A DNA stretch of 64,000 bases from Euprymna scolopes (taxonomy: Eukaryota), in NCBI GenBank assembly GCA_053919585.1, contig CM132786.1. One strand, given 5' to 3'. The notes below the pieces were generated by a model, which saw only the letters and a program-made list of their open reading frames with translations, ran no database searches and was not told the origin of the DNA. This document shows, piece after piece, positions 27,275 to 41,135 of this stretch; position 1 is the first letter of the stretch; each line of letters begins with the position of its first letter. The translations under genes were made by a program, and so were the position numbers.

Positions 27275-27978
27275 CGTTACAAGAAAGGTCTTCCTTTTCT
27301 TGCAAGTAAAAAAAAAACATAAGATAAGTAAAAATGAGATTAAATAGATCGAGTTGGAACCTCGTAAGCAAGGTTCAGGAATAGGTCAGAAATGGAAGTT
27401 TCGCATTGTTTAGTTTTCACATGAAATAGTTTAGATGTATGGTTTGAAAAGTAATTCAATTATTCAACTCTTTTATGAAAACTGAATTAAAATAAGGTTA
27501 GTTAGAAGAACGAACAATAACAACTTTAAAACATATTGAAAAATAAGATAGGTCAAAAATAGGTTAGAAGAAGTCTTTCTCTGCAGAAATGGGTTGGACA
27601 TGTGCGAACCATGTGTGTTTAAGCCACGTGAGTTCAGACCACGTGAGTTCAGGTCACGTGAGTTAAGGCCCCGTGAGTTGTGCACGTTCTGTGACATGTG
27701 CATGACGTCATAGCAGAAAATGAATTCTCAATATAGTTTGATAGTTTTAGGAAATTAGACGGAGTTAGACAGACAGATAGAGAGAGTAAGACAAACGGGA
27801 GACAGAGCTGACATTAGTCAGAAGAGGGCCCCCCTTTGGAAGCGAAGGATTAGAAAGTTTTAATCACGTAGTCGACTTTTGAATTCCTGGATGTCATCAA
27901 TAATTGCAACCGGCCGAATGTAATAAAGAATACATCATATTTTGTAACTGCTTCTTCGTGTTGTGTCATTCTTCAACA
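27275..27978 (+). mobile_element. Solo LTR-like element (~700 bp) nested in the gypsy element; related to 51269-51917
   Basis: Ends CGTTACA...TCAACA, AATAAA near 27922. Both ends and the CACGTG-rich core resemble the reverse complement of 51269-51917. Confidence 0.6.
27608..27686 (+). repeat. 15-bp tandem minisatellite (CCACGTGAGTTCAGA-like, ~5 copies) containing E-boxes
   Basis: GCCACGTGAGTTCAGACCACGTGAGTTCAGGTCACGTGAGTTAAGGCCCCGTGAGTT. Confidence 0.9.
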
Positions 27979-28921
27979 ATTAAACGTAATGTGAAACACC
28001 CTTTATATGAATATTGTGCCCACTCATCGTTATAATAACCTTTGTGTATTACTAATCTAAGTAATGTGTCCCCCACTCTATCATAAGTAATGACAGTTCC
28101 CTCCTGTGTTAAAGAGCTGATAGCCTTCCTCTCTACAGTATATGATGTTAGAACCACACACAGTAAAATGTATACATGTCCCCTCTCTCTTCTCCCCTCT
28201 CACTGTATTACATGTAGCCGGCTACACAACAGTGAGAGGGTTCGCTAGTGCCAACCAGACTATTATTTTAACCTGGGAAACGAATCAGGAAGAACGTAGG
28301 CACGTCATGTCCCTCCAGCGAGTGTTCAGAAAATCATGCAAATTTTTTTTAAAATGTTCATTTGTCAAACAGTTCGTTCATTGGCACTACAGGATCCTCA
28401 TTCACCATTTGCCCATTACGTCTGGTTTCTAATAAACCGAATAAATCAGACATTTCGTTACTTGTCGTGAATTCGTCGATTATAGACACGCCACGTATTG
28501 TCAAGTTTTATTGATCCTCGAACGCAATCTTCGCTGAACAGTCCGCTGGGTGTTAATAAATGCGGACCTACCCTATTTAATTCTAGGTTTTGATTTCCTT
28601 GATCGTTTTAACCTGCCTATTGATGTTAGGAAGCGGAGATTTTTTTGAATAATTTAAAATATTCGTTTGTTCCTGCACATTCCTTAAATTACACAGTATA
28701 TGGTCCCAAACTTTTCGTCCTCTCTACTGGCGACCTGTTTCATAATCTTCTTTATTTCCTGTCTAGAAACCGTGAATTCATGTTAAGTTCTATTGGTGAA
28801 TTAACCATTAACTACAAAGCAACATCTAAGCTGCTTCTTTTCTCTCGACAGCAATAACTATTCTTTTGATAATTTCGAGTTTCTTTTTATTCCATCTGGC
28901 CTTTGGAATGCAACCAGTACT

Positions 28922-30300
28922 GTAGTTTGATATGCAGTAATTTGCATATCAAAATCTACACACGAAAATGACACAATAAAAGACCTGAAATCGGCATTGC
29001 GGTGAGCCGAGTTTGGAGAACCGGACTGAATGGATCGGAGATTATAACGGCGGCCAAATTCAGTTAGATTTGATTACAAGCTAATCCGACGAAGAACTTT
29101 GTCAAGAGAATGAAAATAATTCATGATATGCGTCGCATTTTAATAGTTGAAGGCGTTGAGAAATGGAAATATTTGAATGATTCACGCAGAATTTTAAAAA
29201 TTGAAAGTGCCGAGAGATTGGGAATATTATACGATACGCGTCAAATTTTTAAAGTTGAAGGCGTTGTAAAAAGAAAAAAGATTGAACGAGTCGTGTCGAG
29301 GTTTGGAGGTGCCGAGAAGGGGAAAGATTGAAATGATTCGCGTCGGCCTTTAAACAGTGGAGTGTCGGGAGAATTGACGTTGAATTTTAAAAAAAATCCC
29401 GGCAGGATTCGTTGGCTTTTCTTTTTCTTTTTTTAATTATCCTTATGACTCATGAAGTGAATGTGTTGGAATATCATTCGGTTAATGTTTGACACACATT
29501 CAGAAATCAACGAGAAACTTCACCATGCTATCGATAATTTAAAATACGTGCTTATTTATTAAAACACTTAACTGGTATTTATTTTCATTAAAAAAATGTT
29601 TAATAGGGTTTAAATGTAACGTGCTTTTAATATTTCAATACAATTCGAGCAGAAGTTAAACGATCTTATATTGTATACGATCATTCGGGTGAATGTTAAA
29701 TGCACATTTGAAAGTCAAAGTCAAACTTCGTCATTCAGTGGATAATTTATATAAGTATTCAAAAGCCGAACTTTGCGAACATTTGATGCAATGGAGAAGT
29801 TAAATACGTTTCGAAGTTCGAAATTGGTGATAATTTCTCGAGCTATGGAGATTTTTTTATACGCACTTTTTGTCGTTTTATAGAAGTTTAAATGGCAATT
29901 ACCGTGCCGGATTTTGAAAATCGGTTATACTTTAAAAGTAAAAAAAAAGGTTGTCGCTTTTAAACAAAATACGATGAGAGTCGGATACTTTTTTGTTTGG
30001 TTTTTGGAAAAAAAGTTGTCGTTTTCAAATGAGAAATTTGAGGCCTAGATATGTGTTTATCAAGTGTCCAGTTGGCTAGGGTAGAGACTTGCTCGGGTCC
30101 GATTGGCTAGGGTAGAGATTAGAAGAGGACTGATTTGCTAGGGTAGAAACTAGCAGGGGTCCGATTGGCTAGCATAGACTAGCAGGGGAGCGAATGTTTG
30201 AGGTTATCTTAAAGGGTCAGAGAAAGGGAGTAATTTGATATGCAGTGATTTGCCTAATGAAATGTCTACGCCAAAATGACGTAATTAAAGACCTTAAATT
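28922..30300. repeat. ~1.38-kb insertion in the gypsy pol, bounded by ~70-bp direct repeats and containing two minisatellites
   Basis: GTARTTTGATATGCAGTRATTTGC..AAAATGAC..AAAGACCT.AAAT at ~28922 and ~30230; ~55-bp repeats at 29110-29380; ~31-bp GATTGGCTAGGGTAGAGACTAG-like repeats at 30070-30195. Confidence 0.7.
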
Positions 30301-32384
30301 AAGAATTAGATTTACTTACAAGTATGTTGCAAAATTTTGTTGACGAATTTGTCAGGGGATTGTATGTTGTAATTTCTTATATCGATGATGTGTTAGTCGC
30401 TAGCGATAAAAAAGAAAATAATTTACAACACTTTACTTAGCTATTCGAACGACTGAGTGCACACAATGTACGCATACATGCAAACAAATCCATGTTTGGA
30501 CAGAATACTCTCGAATTTTGGGGTCATGTAATTGACTATAATTGTATTCGTCCGCTTCCAACGAAAGTCGACGCAAGTAAACCAACCTTCCCTTCCACCA
30601 CTTTACGACATTTACGTAAATTTCTTGGCTTAGTGACTTTTCATACTTAAATGTGCTCGTAAACTTCTTTTTGTCTACTTGTTCAACGTACAATAGAAAG
30701 TTAATGCCCAGATGCAGTTGAACAAAAGTCAGTTATTTTCGTTTAAACGCCCGTTTATCTTTGTACAGTACATGTCTCCAATTCGTCTGTTTCATCGGTT
30801 TTCCCGCATACTGTAAAATGAGTAGCCAACCACTTGCATTCTTCTCTTACCAGCTCGAAGTCGCTTAAGGTATATAAAGATAATTCCACCGAGAGCTACA
30901 TGCAATATATTTATCTGTTCGACATTTTAAACATCAGTCTATAGGTCTGATTTTTTAAATTCTTACCGATCACAACTCACTTTTGCTTTGTCATCTAGAT
31001 CTAGTAAGCACTCACCTCGCATTTCTTGTCATCTGTTTATTTCATCTAACCAGTGACATGAGATATATTTCCGGAACTGAAACCTACCTGGCGATGAACT
31101 TCATCCTCTATTAACATAAAAGACATAGTGCAAGACCAAATTTAGATTTAATGTCTGAAAGATTTCCCTGCTGAAAATTCTCTTACCTTCCACCTCTCGA
31201 TTCGGAGGGTACTATAGTCTGCGACACTGACACTGGGTTGCCAAGATGCCTGGTACGTAAACACCAACGCACAGTGTTTGAGATACTGCACGCAATATCG
31301 CACTTGGGCTTCGCTGCATCAATAAAATTTGTCAGGGCCCACTTTTTTTTTTGCCTGAACATGCAACGAACTATCATGGGTCGGGCCCGGGCTTGCCTTC
31401 AGTGTCAACCTTCCAAAGTTCACCGATAGTCTGAATAACTAATGATCGAAGTCGGCAGTTTGAAGATTTTCTTTTACGCTAGTTACACGGAATCTTACGT
31501 ACTCAACATATTCACACAACCAGTTATCCAGCTTCGAACAGAATGGTGGAGCAGTTTCATAGGCAAAGGGTGCGTTGCCTATTTTCTGATCAGCTTACGG
31601 AACCGCCGTTAAATCAGCTTTAGATGATTCATTCACAGAACTGCTTGATGATACTTATCTGACCTTACCTTACTCCCGCAATTCACCCAGTGCATATATC
31701 TCGTCGTATGTCTCATGACTTCGGTCATATTTTTTAAAGTTACCTCCTTATTTCCCTAGTAAACAAACGATCTCAGCGCATGGCCCTTGAGACATGAATA
31801 GATTTACAAAATTTTTCGTCCGAAATGACGCGGTCCGTGGACCTCGCAATCTCCTGACCTTCGCCCATTAAAAGTTTTGGCATGAAAAACAATTTAAGCT
31901 GGATACGAATGGTCGCACCGAAACGATGTCGGTGGACATACTAAAGAAAGATAATAATAGTGTGGCACTGTCGTGTTGGACTCATCCGACACACAGTTTC
32001 ACCCCCTTACACTCACTGCCACCCACATTTAAATAATAGATCTAACTATATAAAATAAGAGTAGGGATTAGTATACTTATATGTTCAATCTCCTTCCGTT
32101 ACATGCTTAATAAATTTTCGAACTTTTGTGATATTCACAATCGTTCTGGGTGAGGAGCCTTGTAGCGGAGCGATATTTTAGCTGCAAAATTTTAACCGGC
32201 TTACGTAAAACAACAAGAGGCACAACTCACTACAGACTCATTCGTCGCAAAGACTCGTAAACACATTCTGAACACATTCTAAACGCATTCTAAGCACATT
32301 CTAAACGCTAGAACCCGTAAACACTCAATTAGCACGATACGCTCCTTTCATTGTTGTGCAAAGTCACACAATGAACAACTACAT

Positions 32385-33560
32385 ACTTCTTGCCAAAAGC
32401 TTGTGAAGTGCTGGAATTTGTGGAAATAAGTAATGACATTGAATTACCATAAGACGGAGAGAGCTGAAATTTGGTAGACTTAAAGATCATAACAAGGTGC
32501 CTAATGTCTATTATATTTGTGGAATTTGAACAAATATTTTGAAAATTATGCTATTTACTCTATTTTGGGTTATGTTTAGTGCATAGAACTTCATTGCACG
32601 TCTCTAAAAATGTATATTTTCGGTAATAAAACAATATTCTAACTGCATTTTTCTATTTCTATGAACTAAAGAACATATCCAATTACAATATTAACTAAAA
32701 AACATTATTTCGATAAATGAAATATTTATCAACATAACTCCCATGCTTCGAAATCCCTTTGAATATTCTCTGTCAACATGATATCAATTAGCGGATTTGA
32801 GATGATGTGATGTTATAGGAAATGTCGGAAATCTTCCTCCAAAGTTAATCCGTCAACGTAAATTGAATACCTTCTTCATAAACTTTCACCTTTATTATTG
32901 AACAGAGCTGCCCAATTTAGTTTATATATTGAGAACAAGGTGGCCATGTCATCAAGTTTTCTCCACTAATGCCTAATGACTTGAGGTGAGTTGTCGTAGC
33001 CTTGGCTGAATGGGATGACGCATTGTCGTATATAAAAATCAATTTGCGGTGACACGCCAATGAAAGGACATCAGGCCGTGACAAATGCTCATTTAAAAAT
33101 AAAATATTTGACACGTCCTGGCACTCAAAATGGCCCAATTAGTTCATCGCAGATTATTCCAGCTTATAACCTGGCACCTCCACTTCCCTGTTGACGACGA
33201 TATCGATGAGGGGTAGGGAAACTAAGTGTACCCATCTGGTCCACCAAGGCTTGCTTTGACCTCATCGGTGGAAAGAACGTTTACAAAGACACTTTCCGTG
33301 TTTTTCTAAGCCTAATCGACACGTTTTCCTTAAAAAGTTTGGTTTATAACAGGTCTATGTGCTTAATGCTTGTTTTTGCAATTTCGTATAACATATTGCA
33401 GTGTGTCTGTCTCACACTCCTCACACTATTTTAAAAGGAGCTTTTCTCTTCCATCATCAATTTTCTATTTTGAAGAAAAAAAGCAAGGCTCCCTGTCGGT
33501 CCGAGCTTGTTGTTTATCCATTTAAAGTCGCAGGAATTTCCGCGGTTTGTCTCACATTTT
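32385..33560 (-). mobile_element. Decayed Tc1-family (Tc3/TRT-like) transposon
   Basis: ORF 32917-33138 has IFIYDNASSH..MTWPPCS; upstream VLSTDEVKASLGGPDG and RRQQG motifs. Confidence 0.85.
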
Positions 33561-34715
33561 CTCCAGAGAAGTAACTATGCCTATCGCTTCTCCTGGATTT
33601 TAGAGGTTAGGTGCGTTAGGCCAATAACTACTACACTAATAGACGCGGACTACAGGTTTAGTTTTCCTCATAAATATTAAGTATTACAGGAAGAAAACTA
33701 ATTTTATACAGTTTATAAACAGACAAAATTAAATACAATATCAATTAGTTTTCTTTAGTCTGGCAGGTTCCATAGATGTTCAAAGGGCCTTTTCCTGTTC
33801 TTACCAATTGATATTTTACTTCTCCATCACTCACTGAACGAGTGTTACAACCCAGTGAACAGTAACGCGACTTAACTCCTCAAAATCTCCAAACAGACTC
33901 CAAACAAACGCCAAAATTGACTGTTTTCTGCTCTGCAGTCCCTTATAAATGGAAAGAGCTTTAACGGACCTGGGTTTTAACTTGAACCAATCTTTGAAAA
34001 TCACGTCATAATCTGATTGGCCTTGATGTTATAATTAGAAACTGCACCTATATACATCATTGAGATAACTTTCCGTTAGTACAAAATTTCCCATCCACGA
34101 TTTCTCACGGATCGGTTGACTCTCAGCCTTGAAAATTTAAGGTGACTTTCTTACCAAAATATGTTTACTCAAAACAATCATTTACCAAACAATATTGCTT
34201 AATGTTCTCGACTTTTTTTCGTTCACAAAGAAAATGTATTTAATATCGGCGGAAACGCCATTTCTCTTTCTAACTATGGCTGTCGTCCGGTAATCCCCCA
34301 GGTTGTCATCTTAATGAAAAGCTCTCATTAGTCCGCTTCTGAGGAAATTTTAGACCATAGCTCTAATTCAGCTCCCATTACTACCCCACCATCGTAGCTG
34401 GTTGGGTAGGAAATGATTGAGCCTAACCCTTCCACACGTTCCTTGTCCGTCCTTGACATATCGATGATTACTCACATCTAATTAGCTCCTCGATAATCAA
34501 TGCCATGCGATATTGATCCTAGCTGGTCCGCACAGATATCTCGTCGAATATCAGTCCATATGAAAAAGAATCCAAAGTCATGCAATATGCACTAATTCTG
34601 CTAAAATATATAACCATGCAAGAAAGGGTGTCCTAAGTTATAGTTCATGATAAAAGCAGAAAATATTATATATCCTTGTATATAGTTCATTACAAACGCA
34701 ACAAAATATATAAAT

Positions 34716-34950
34716 GCGGGTGTACCTAAAGTGTTGATCCTTGGACCTTTATAATTCCTGCTATTCGTAAATGATGTAGATAAAATTACCTCTAAGATTG
34801 GGGATATTTGCTGACGACACCAAGCTCCTAACAGACACCAGGAAAAAAACGTATCCAAGGCAATGGGGGAAAACCTAGAGCAAACCATCAAACCTGTAGG
34901 CAAACGGGGACAAAAATGGATGGCTACCTTCAATGATGACAAAAATAAGG
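34716..34950 (+). mobile_element. LINE RT fragment (CR1/L2-like)
   Basis: AGVPKVLILGPL*FLLFVND ... IFADDT. Confidence 0.75.
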
Positions 34951-35869
34951 TTACTTTCCTTTACTTACTACAAGAAACATTCTCAGCCACAAATAGCTAG
35001 TGCTAATGATACATTTGAGCCTGTGTATATGCTACTTGTCTCTCTCTCTCTCTCCCTCTCTCTCTCTCTCTCTTACGGTTCTAAAGAGAGTCGCTAACCT
35101 AATAAGTCCGCATTATCAGCTAGACTTAAAAGGCTATCTCAATGTACGAAATGTTCATCCCTCTGCCTATTTTACAAGTATTTTAATGGTAGATGTTCCG
35201 ACAAACTGCAGGCCCTTATGCTCCCTCGACGTACGCATCCCCGACAAACTCGACAAATAGCATAGTCCTAACCCAAGAATAGAAATCCCTAGATGTGTCC
35301 AATAGTTACTCCCCTAGGATTGCTAGATTTTTTAATTGTCTTCTGTTCCTTCTTCTCTTACTGTACTTACATGCAGAAGTTCAGGTACAATGATAGATAT
35401 CTTGCCGCTCAACTCTCTACAAAATATGTCCTAGACAGTAACCCCTGCATAAAAGTGGCACTGAACCTTGTTTCTGGTAAAAATGCAATAAGAGAAAGCA
35501 TCATGCTACTTAATATAAGTTAAATTGACATGTTTAGGGCACAGGCTCTACTCTCACTAACTGATGTAAAGAAAAACTCAATTGCGATAATTCCACTGTT
35601 TTCCTTTAGTAATTCCCCACTTTATTTAAACTGAAATTTGTTTGGCTCATTTGCTAACATATTCGACGCTAGGCGGCTCTTTATTAATGCGACTGTTTTA
35701 AAACTCTACCAAAGAATAGTGTCGATAGTTCTTTATGTTTACAAAAAAATTCTTTGACAGGCATTCGTTCAAAACTGGAGAATGCGTTTATTTTTAGGCA
35801 TATAACAATCGAAGCATAAACCGTGAATTGTTAACAAATTCAAATAATAAATTGAAACAGTAGTATTAT

Positions 35870-36700
35870 ACATTTAATAAAACACAATCAAAATAAAATA
35901 TAAAAAATTGAAATCAATATAATATTGCGGGGGAAAATGACAATATTCTTAGAATGGCAATTATACATTAAATAACCCACAATCAAATAAAAATATAAAT
36001 TAAAAATGAAATAATATAATTAATATTAACATTTTGATCTAATAAAAAATATTAAATATCGCAACTAAACAACTTATCTGCAAAAAGCGTTCATCGTCAT
36101 TGCATAATAATTAAGGATCGTCTGAACTTGATACAGCTCTGCATTCAGCAATATTTAAAAAAAAAATTAAAAAGTCGTAATGTGCCAACGTTTGACAGGA
36201 CAACTAATGTGTCCCTTTAGGGGATACAAGGCGCCGGGTGGAGCGACGAATAGAATTGTCGGATCTGTTTATGCTATATTTTTAAATAAGCTTGCGAAAA
36301 AAACGAGTACATTGTTGGACCACAAAACGAATTTAAATAAAATAAAACACAATCAAATAAATAATATGAATTAAAAACTCAAATAGATAGAATTAATATT
36401 AATATTTGCATTAAATAAAAAAGAAAATAATATCGCAAATACACAATTTATCCGCGAAAAGCGTCCATATTAAATCGATTAACTGTTTCGGATCGTCTTA
36501 GCTTGATACAGCTCTGAGTTCAACAAAGTTTTAAACAAAAACGTCGTAATTAGTCATCGTTGTCCATATGGACTAGTGTGTCGTTTTATAGAATACTAGA
36601 TTCATAAAAGGGGCAAAGAATAGTTTTACCAGATTAGATTATACTATATTTGAAAACAACTTGCGATAAAAATAAATATATTCTTGGATCAGAAAAAAAA
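35870..36700. repeat. Diverged tandem duplication (~370-bp period), AT-rich
   Basis: GGATCGTCT.A.CTTGATACAGCTCTG and AATATCGCAA..AAAAGCGT blocks at ~36055-36145 and ~36430-36515. Confidence 0.75.
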
Positions 36701-36916
36701 AACTATCATATAATACAAACATATGTAAAAAAAATCAATAAAAATGGAAACACTTGCATTTATAATAAAACAAAATGAATATCACTGTCACGATTATGGA
36801 GAGCGAAATTTGGAAAAAATGAGAGAAATATAAATAAGGAAGCAACACAATCTTATATGAATAGTAAAATGTACATAGTAGCTACTCTTATTTTATCGTC
36901 AGTAACAGCTTGGTAG

Positions 36917-36987
<71 letters not shown>

Positions 36988-37014
36988 CATTATTAGTAAA
37001 TTATTTTTCTAATG

Positions 37015-37152
37015 CTTACAGACACCAGTGTTTCATCCTTTCGGGAATCATCAATGGCGGGTGTCATAATTATCGCCGGTAGGACGATTCGAACTCATCA
37101 ATGAAGCCATCTCCGAGTCTATTAGCAAGGAACAAGTCCACACGGCCACTGT
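37015..37152 (-). mobile_element. tRNA-derived SINE head followed by a hammerhead-like motif (second family)
   Basis: Minus strand: A box TGGCCGTGTGG and B box GAGTTCGAATC, then ca-TTGATGA(C3T)-TTCC cgaaa GGAT-GAAA-CACTGGT-GTC-tg. Confidence 0.6.
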
Positions 37153-37303
37153 TAACCGCGAGAAATACAGTTGAAATTAGAACATTTATTTTTAAATGTC
37201 AAGACGGTGGTAGTGATCTAATCGTTATGACATCATGATCTTCGCATGTAAGCTTGAGTGACCGACTTTTAACTTATACTTAGAATGCTCAACAATAAGA
37301 ACC

Positions 37304-37434
37304 NNNNNNNNNNNNNNNNNNNNNNNNNNNNNNNNNNNNNNNNNNNNNNNNNNNNNNNNNNNNNNNNNNNNNNNNNNNNNNNNNNNNNNNNNNNNNNNNN
37401 NNNNNNNNNNNNNNNNNNNNNNNNNNNNNNNNNN
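37304..37434. other. Assembly gap
   Basis: N run. Confidence 0.99.
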
Positions 37435-38189
37435 GAGAGATAAAGTGAAAGAGACAAAAACTCGAATAGTGTGAGAAAGATGATAGTATGATACATACTA
37501 CACATATAATACTTTTTTCCTGGACAGCAATCTCATTGTTAAAGTCGACAGTGTAAAATACTTCGAATCAATCGTTGTAGGTGAATCCTTGGGTAAATGA
37601 AATTAGAATCACTTAAATGAAAAAACAGTCACTCAAAGGTCTTAACTAATTTAATAAAACAAAATGAAGAATAATGAGAATTCATCGCTTCCATATATCA
37701 AGTTCTTGCTTCATGAACATTGTGAATCTGTTAGAACTTTTGAGCCGGTAAGGAAAATAAGTGTATTATTCGTTCGAATACAATGGCACATATTTTATAG
37801 TATATAAAAGTAAAATTAGATTACCTGTTGGTGCAATACTTCACAGAAATTGTTTTTTAATGAAGTTCATATTATTGAATTGGTTTTTGTATTTATAGTT
37901 GGTTTTCATTTATATCACATATTAATTATTTTTCGGTTAACTTAAACTGATATATAATAGATACAGTTAATAATTTGGTGTATATCATTTTTAACGAGAC
38001 TTGCTATTTTATGAAATCTTAACTGCAGATGAATTTTCTATCCATAATATGCGACCGATTCGAGTGCTTTAACAAAAACTGTTTATGTTTTTTCTTAGAC
38101 CTTCATAACTGCTAACGCTTATATTCTTTTCTTTTTGATTTGATTTTATTGTAATTTACATGCATACAAACCTGTACATAATCTTTATT

Positions 38190-38700
38190 TTCTTACTTCC
38201 CTTGTGACGAGCATGCGCGGAAGAGCACAAGGATTATATGCATAGCCATACATAGGCCATACCTCTGGCAAAAAGCGAACACGGATGTTTGATTGCAAAT
38301 CAAACACTGCTAATGTCCTACATCCATCATACCCACAGCAACGATTTAGTTTTGCCCAACGGCTATAAGAAATAAGCCGATAAGTTTTCATGGGCAGTCG
38401 CAAAAGAATGAAAGAACAGGCATGGTTGCCGGGTGTGGTTCCTGCTCTAGCACTGCACCCAAATTTAAATGTTCCTTAGTCAATGAAGGGAGAATCCTTG
38501 CTATACTGAGAATATTTTACTTTTGCAATCTGTCAGATTGTCCCCTTTTAGGGGGCGCGTTTTCTCTGCAGTCCAGCATTGTTAAACTTGACCATTTCTT
38601 TTCTGGCTCACACACATTTTTAGCACTTTCTCCTGAAACTCAATAATTCCTACATGTGGAACATCAACCTTATTTCTCTTTCTATGAGATTTTGCTCCAG
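38190..38700 (-). mobile_element. Possible DNA-transposon remnant with an XPG-like motif (AcademX-like)
   Basis: Minus-strand LFFHSF..LSAYF..LGK resembles FHAFTGCD..SAF.G.GK; weak. Confidence 0.3.
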
Positions 38701-39989
38701 CACCAAAAAAAAAGACAATATTCATAAAAGTTCAACAAACAAGAGTTAAATATAAGATGGCGGCCATTGACCCCTTTCGGTAATGTTACGTATAAACTTT
38801 TTTTTTTTATCTGAAAGAGAGGTTATTCATGTCCATTCTCTAAGCTATAAACTTTTGTTTGCAATTCGTTTGAAGTTCAACCAAAAAATTAGCTAGATTG
38901 AATTAACTATAAATCTAGATTTGTAGGTTTTAAGAGCTTTGTAGTAAGTCAAAAACACAATGAATGACAAAAGTAATGTCTTTGGATTCTGATTCCATGA
39001 CCATGACCTAGTAATTACGTTTTATGAATATGCTTCTTCTTTTTTACAGAACACGACAAAACGGAAAGGCGTCCCCTGAAAATCCATTGGTAATCCATAT
39101 CAAAAGAGAATTGTAAATGTCCACAGCTAATTACCCTTTCTAGAAAAGAAAAACAGCAAATCATGTAGAAGAGAACTTCCAATTTTTTTTATTAAACGTT
39201 GTTTTTATTTTTTCAAAAACATAACCGATAAGGCAAATGAAAGTGTAAAATTTAAGAATCAAATTGAAATGAACAGATGGTATGGTAAGGAAAAGAGAGC
39301 AAATAAGAGAAAGAGGCAGGAGAATAAGTAGGAGGAAGAAGAATATTAAGAAGTCGATAAACCGGGGGAAAAGAGAGATAGACATAGTTACTAGATAGGG
39401 AAAGTAAGAAATGGGGAGAGGGGACGGATAGAGAATCATCTTTCTAATTTACTTTTGAACAGATAAATATAGGTCAGTTGAAGCCAGTTTGTGCAGGACA
39501 GGATAGTAATTGAGTAAAGACATTCATTCTAATTTATTTATTTTAGATTTTGAAGGAAGTTAAATGGGCGAAAGGTTTTACTGATAGTTTTATAAATTCA
39601 TGTACAATTATAATTATACGCATGCAGATATATGCATATATAAATGTATAAATGCAGATACACCACATAAAAAATTAAAACAAATTAAGTAAACGAAATA
39701 ATGTAAAATAATATAGAATAAAGAGTGAGACTAAAAGAGACAACTCACACATAAGCAATAGGGACATGCACACATGTAATTGTACAAGGACATAGATACA
39801 TATATAGATTCGCATATACATACATGCAAATATGTATACATGCATATGAATATATATATACACATGTATACACACATACACGTACTCACACATAACGTAT
39901 TAAGAGAAACATACAAATACGCATATATAAGGTCAGGTAAATACTCAGCAGCTCCTTTAGTCTCACAAAAAACGAGGAATGGAAGAAAT

Positions 39990-40542
39990 ATCTTATATCA
40001 AGTTATTTTATAGCCGAAGTTTTAAGAGGTGAGCTAAATAATTTCGAAGTGTTTATATTAGATTTTTTCTGTTTATATTGGGAAATACGTTCGGTTTAGT
40101 ATCAATTAAAGTTATGCCTTGTAGAAGTAATTATAATTATAACTTCAGGTATACAAAGTGGCAGGGTTTAATACTTTGAACGTGAGATTTTTAAATATGT
40201 TTATTAGTTTAATGTATATTGGAAGATGTAGTTTCAGATTTAAGTTTTTTACTTAAAGTTATTAGAGAAGCCCCTTGCTATTATCGGGGATTTTGTGATT
40301 AAAGAAAAATATTTTTTTAGATATTCTTACACGTATTAATGTTATATTGGTGCCAATGAATTTTTTCCTGGCGTTGATCGTAGTGATTTCTGTAAGGATT
40401 TCGAGTGGGAGTACGGTTTAATACAGGCATGTTATGATGAGTAATACCAAAATCAATCTTTACTGGTATATTGTGATTTATATTAAGAGGTGAGTTTTGA
40501 GTAGTATAAGTGTTTTAAGAAAACGTAGGTGGGTCATTATTA

Positions 40543-40601
<59 letters not shown>

Positions 40602-41135
40602 GTCACTATATTTATCAATTTTGATATTATTAGTGTTTTTGGTAGTTATGTTGATGTTTGTAGGCGGAAACAATTGTTGGAACGGTCGATTGGAACGATA
40701 ATTAGAGTTATATTTTGAGTAGTAGACAAGTGAGGGATTTCGCTCATAGGAGAAATATTTTAAACTATTGTAGGAGTGTGTTGAAGTAACTCGGAAACTA
40801 CACGAATATATAACATCCTTTTGGATGCAGACGTTTTTGATTGGGAAGCCCTCCTTATTGTTACAGTTGCAGTTACATCTTCGCATTATTGGGAAAATCG
40901 TGGCCTAAGCAATTTACTTTTTTGTTGTTCCATGCTATTATCGTATGTGCTAGGATGGGCATTGTAGCGTAGGGGTTTTTACTAGAATTTTTATTAAGTA
41001 TGGTACTCTCTATTGTTTCGTAAATGAATTTTCTACAATATTAAAAAATTATTTTGGTATATTTGTTTTGGCATTTGATCTGAATGGATGATTAAACCGA
41101 ATATCTTTCTTTTTCCTAAGACATTCTTGGTGATT
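39990..41135 (-). mobile_element. Penelope-like element remnants, interrupted by (ATT)n
   Basis: RKKKDIRFNHPFRSNAKTNIPK (cf. RKRNIIWFNPPFS.NVKTNIGK) and CNCNNKEGFPIKNVCIQKDVIY (cf. CNC..K..CPL.G.C....VIY before GIY-YIG). Confidence 0.8.

Larger units (their letters stand above)
25907..32383 (+). mobile_element. Decayed Ty3/gypsy LTR retrotransposon with nested insertions
   Basis: Diverged LTRs ~25907-26128 and 32161-32383 (TGTAGCG..CA). PBS-like TAGTGACGCCGAC (26130). gag D..LWF (~26670), protease ILGFDFL (~28580), RT YIDD (30378), RNase H LAFFS/ELHAIYLSVRHF/TDH, integrase HHCC HAISHLG..CLQC (31238-31429) and SNRMVEQFHR. Purine-rich PPT before the 3' LTR. Confidence 0.9.

Noticed and set aside
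29110-29380. CRISPR-like or coding repeat
   Set aside because: Contiguous degenerate minisatellite with no unique spacers or cas genes, in eukaryotic context
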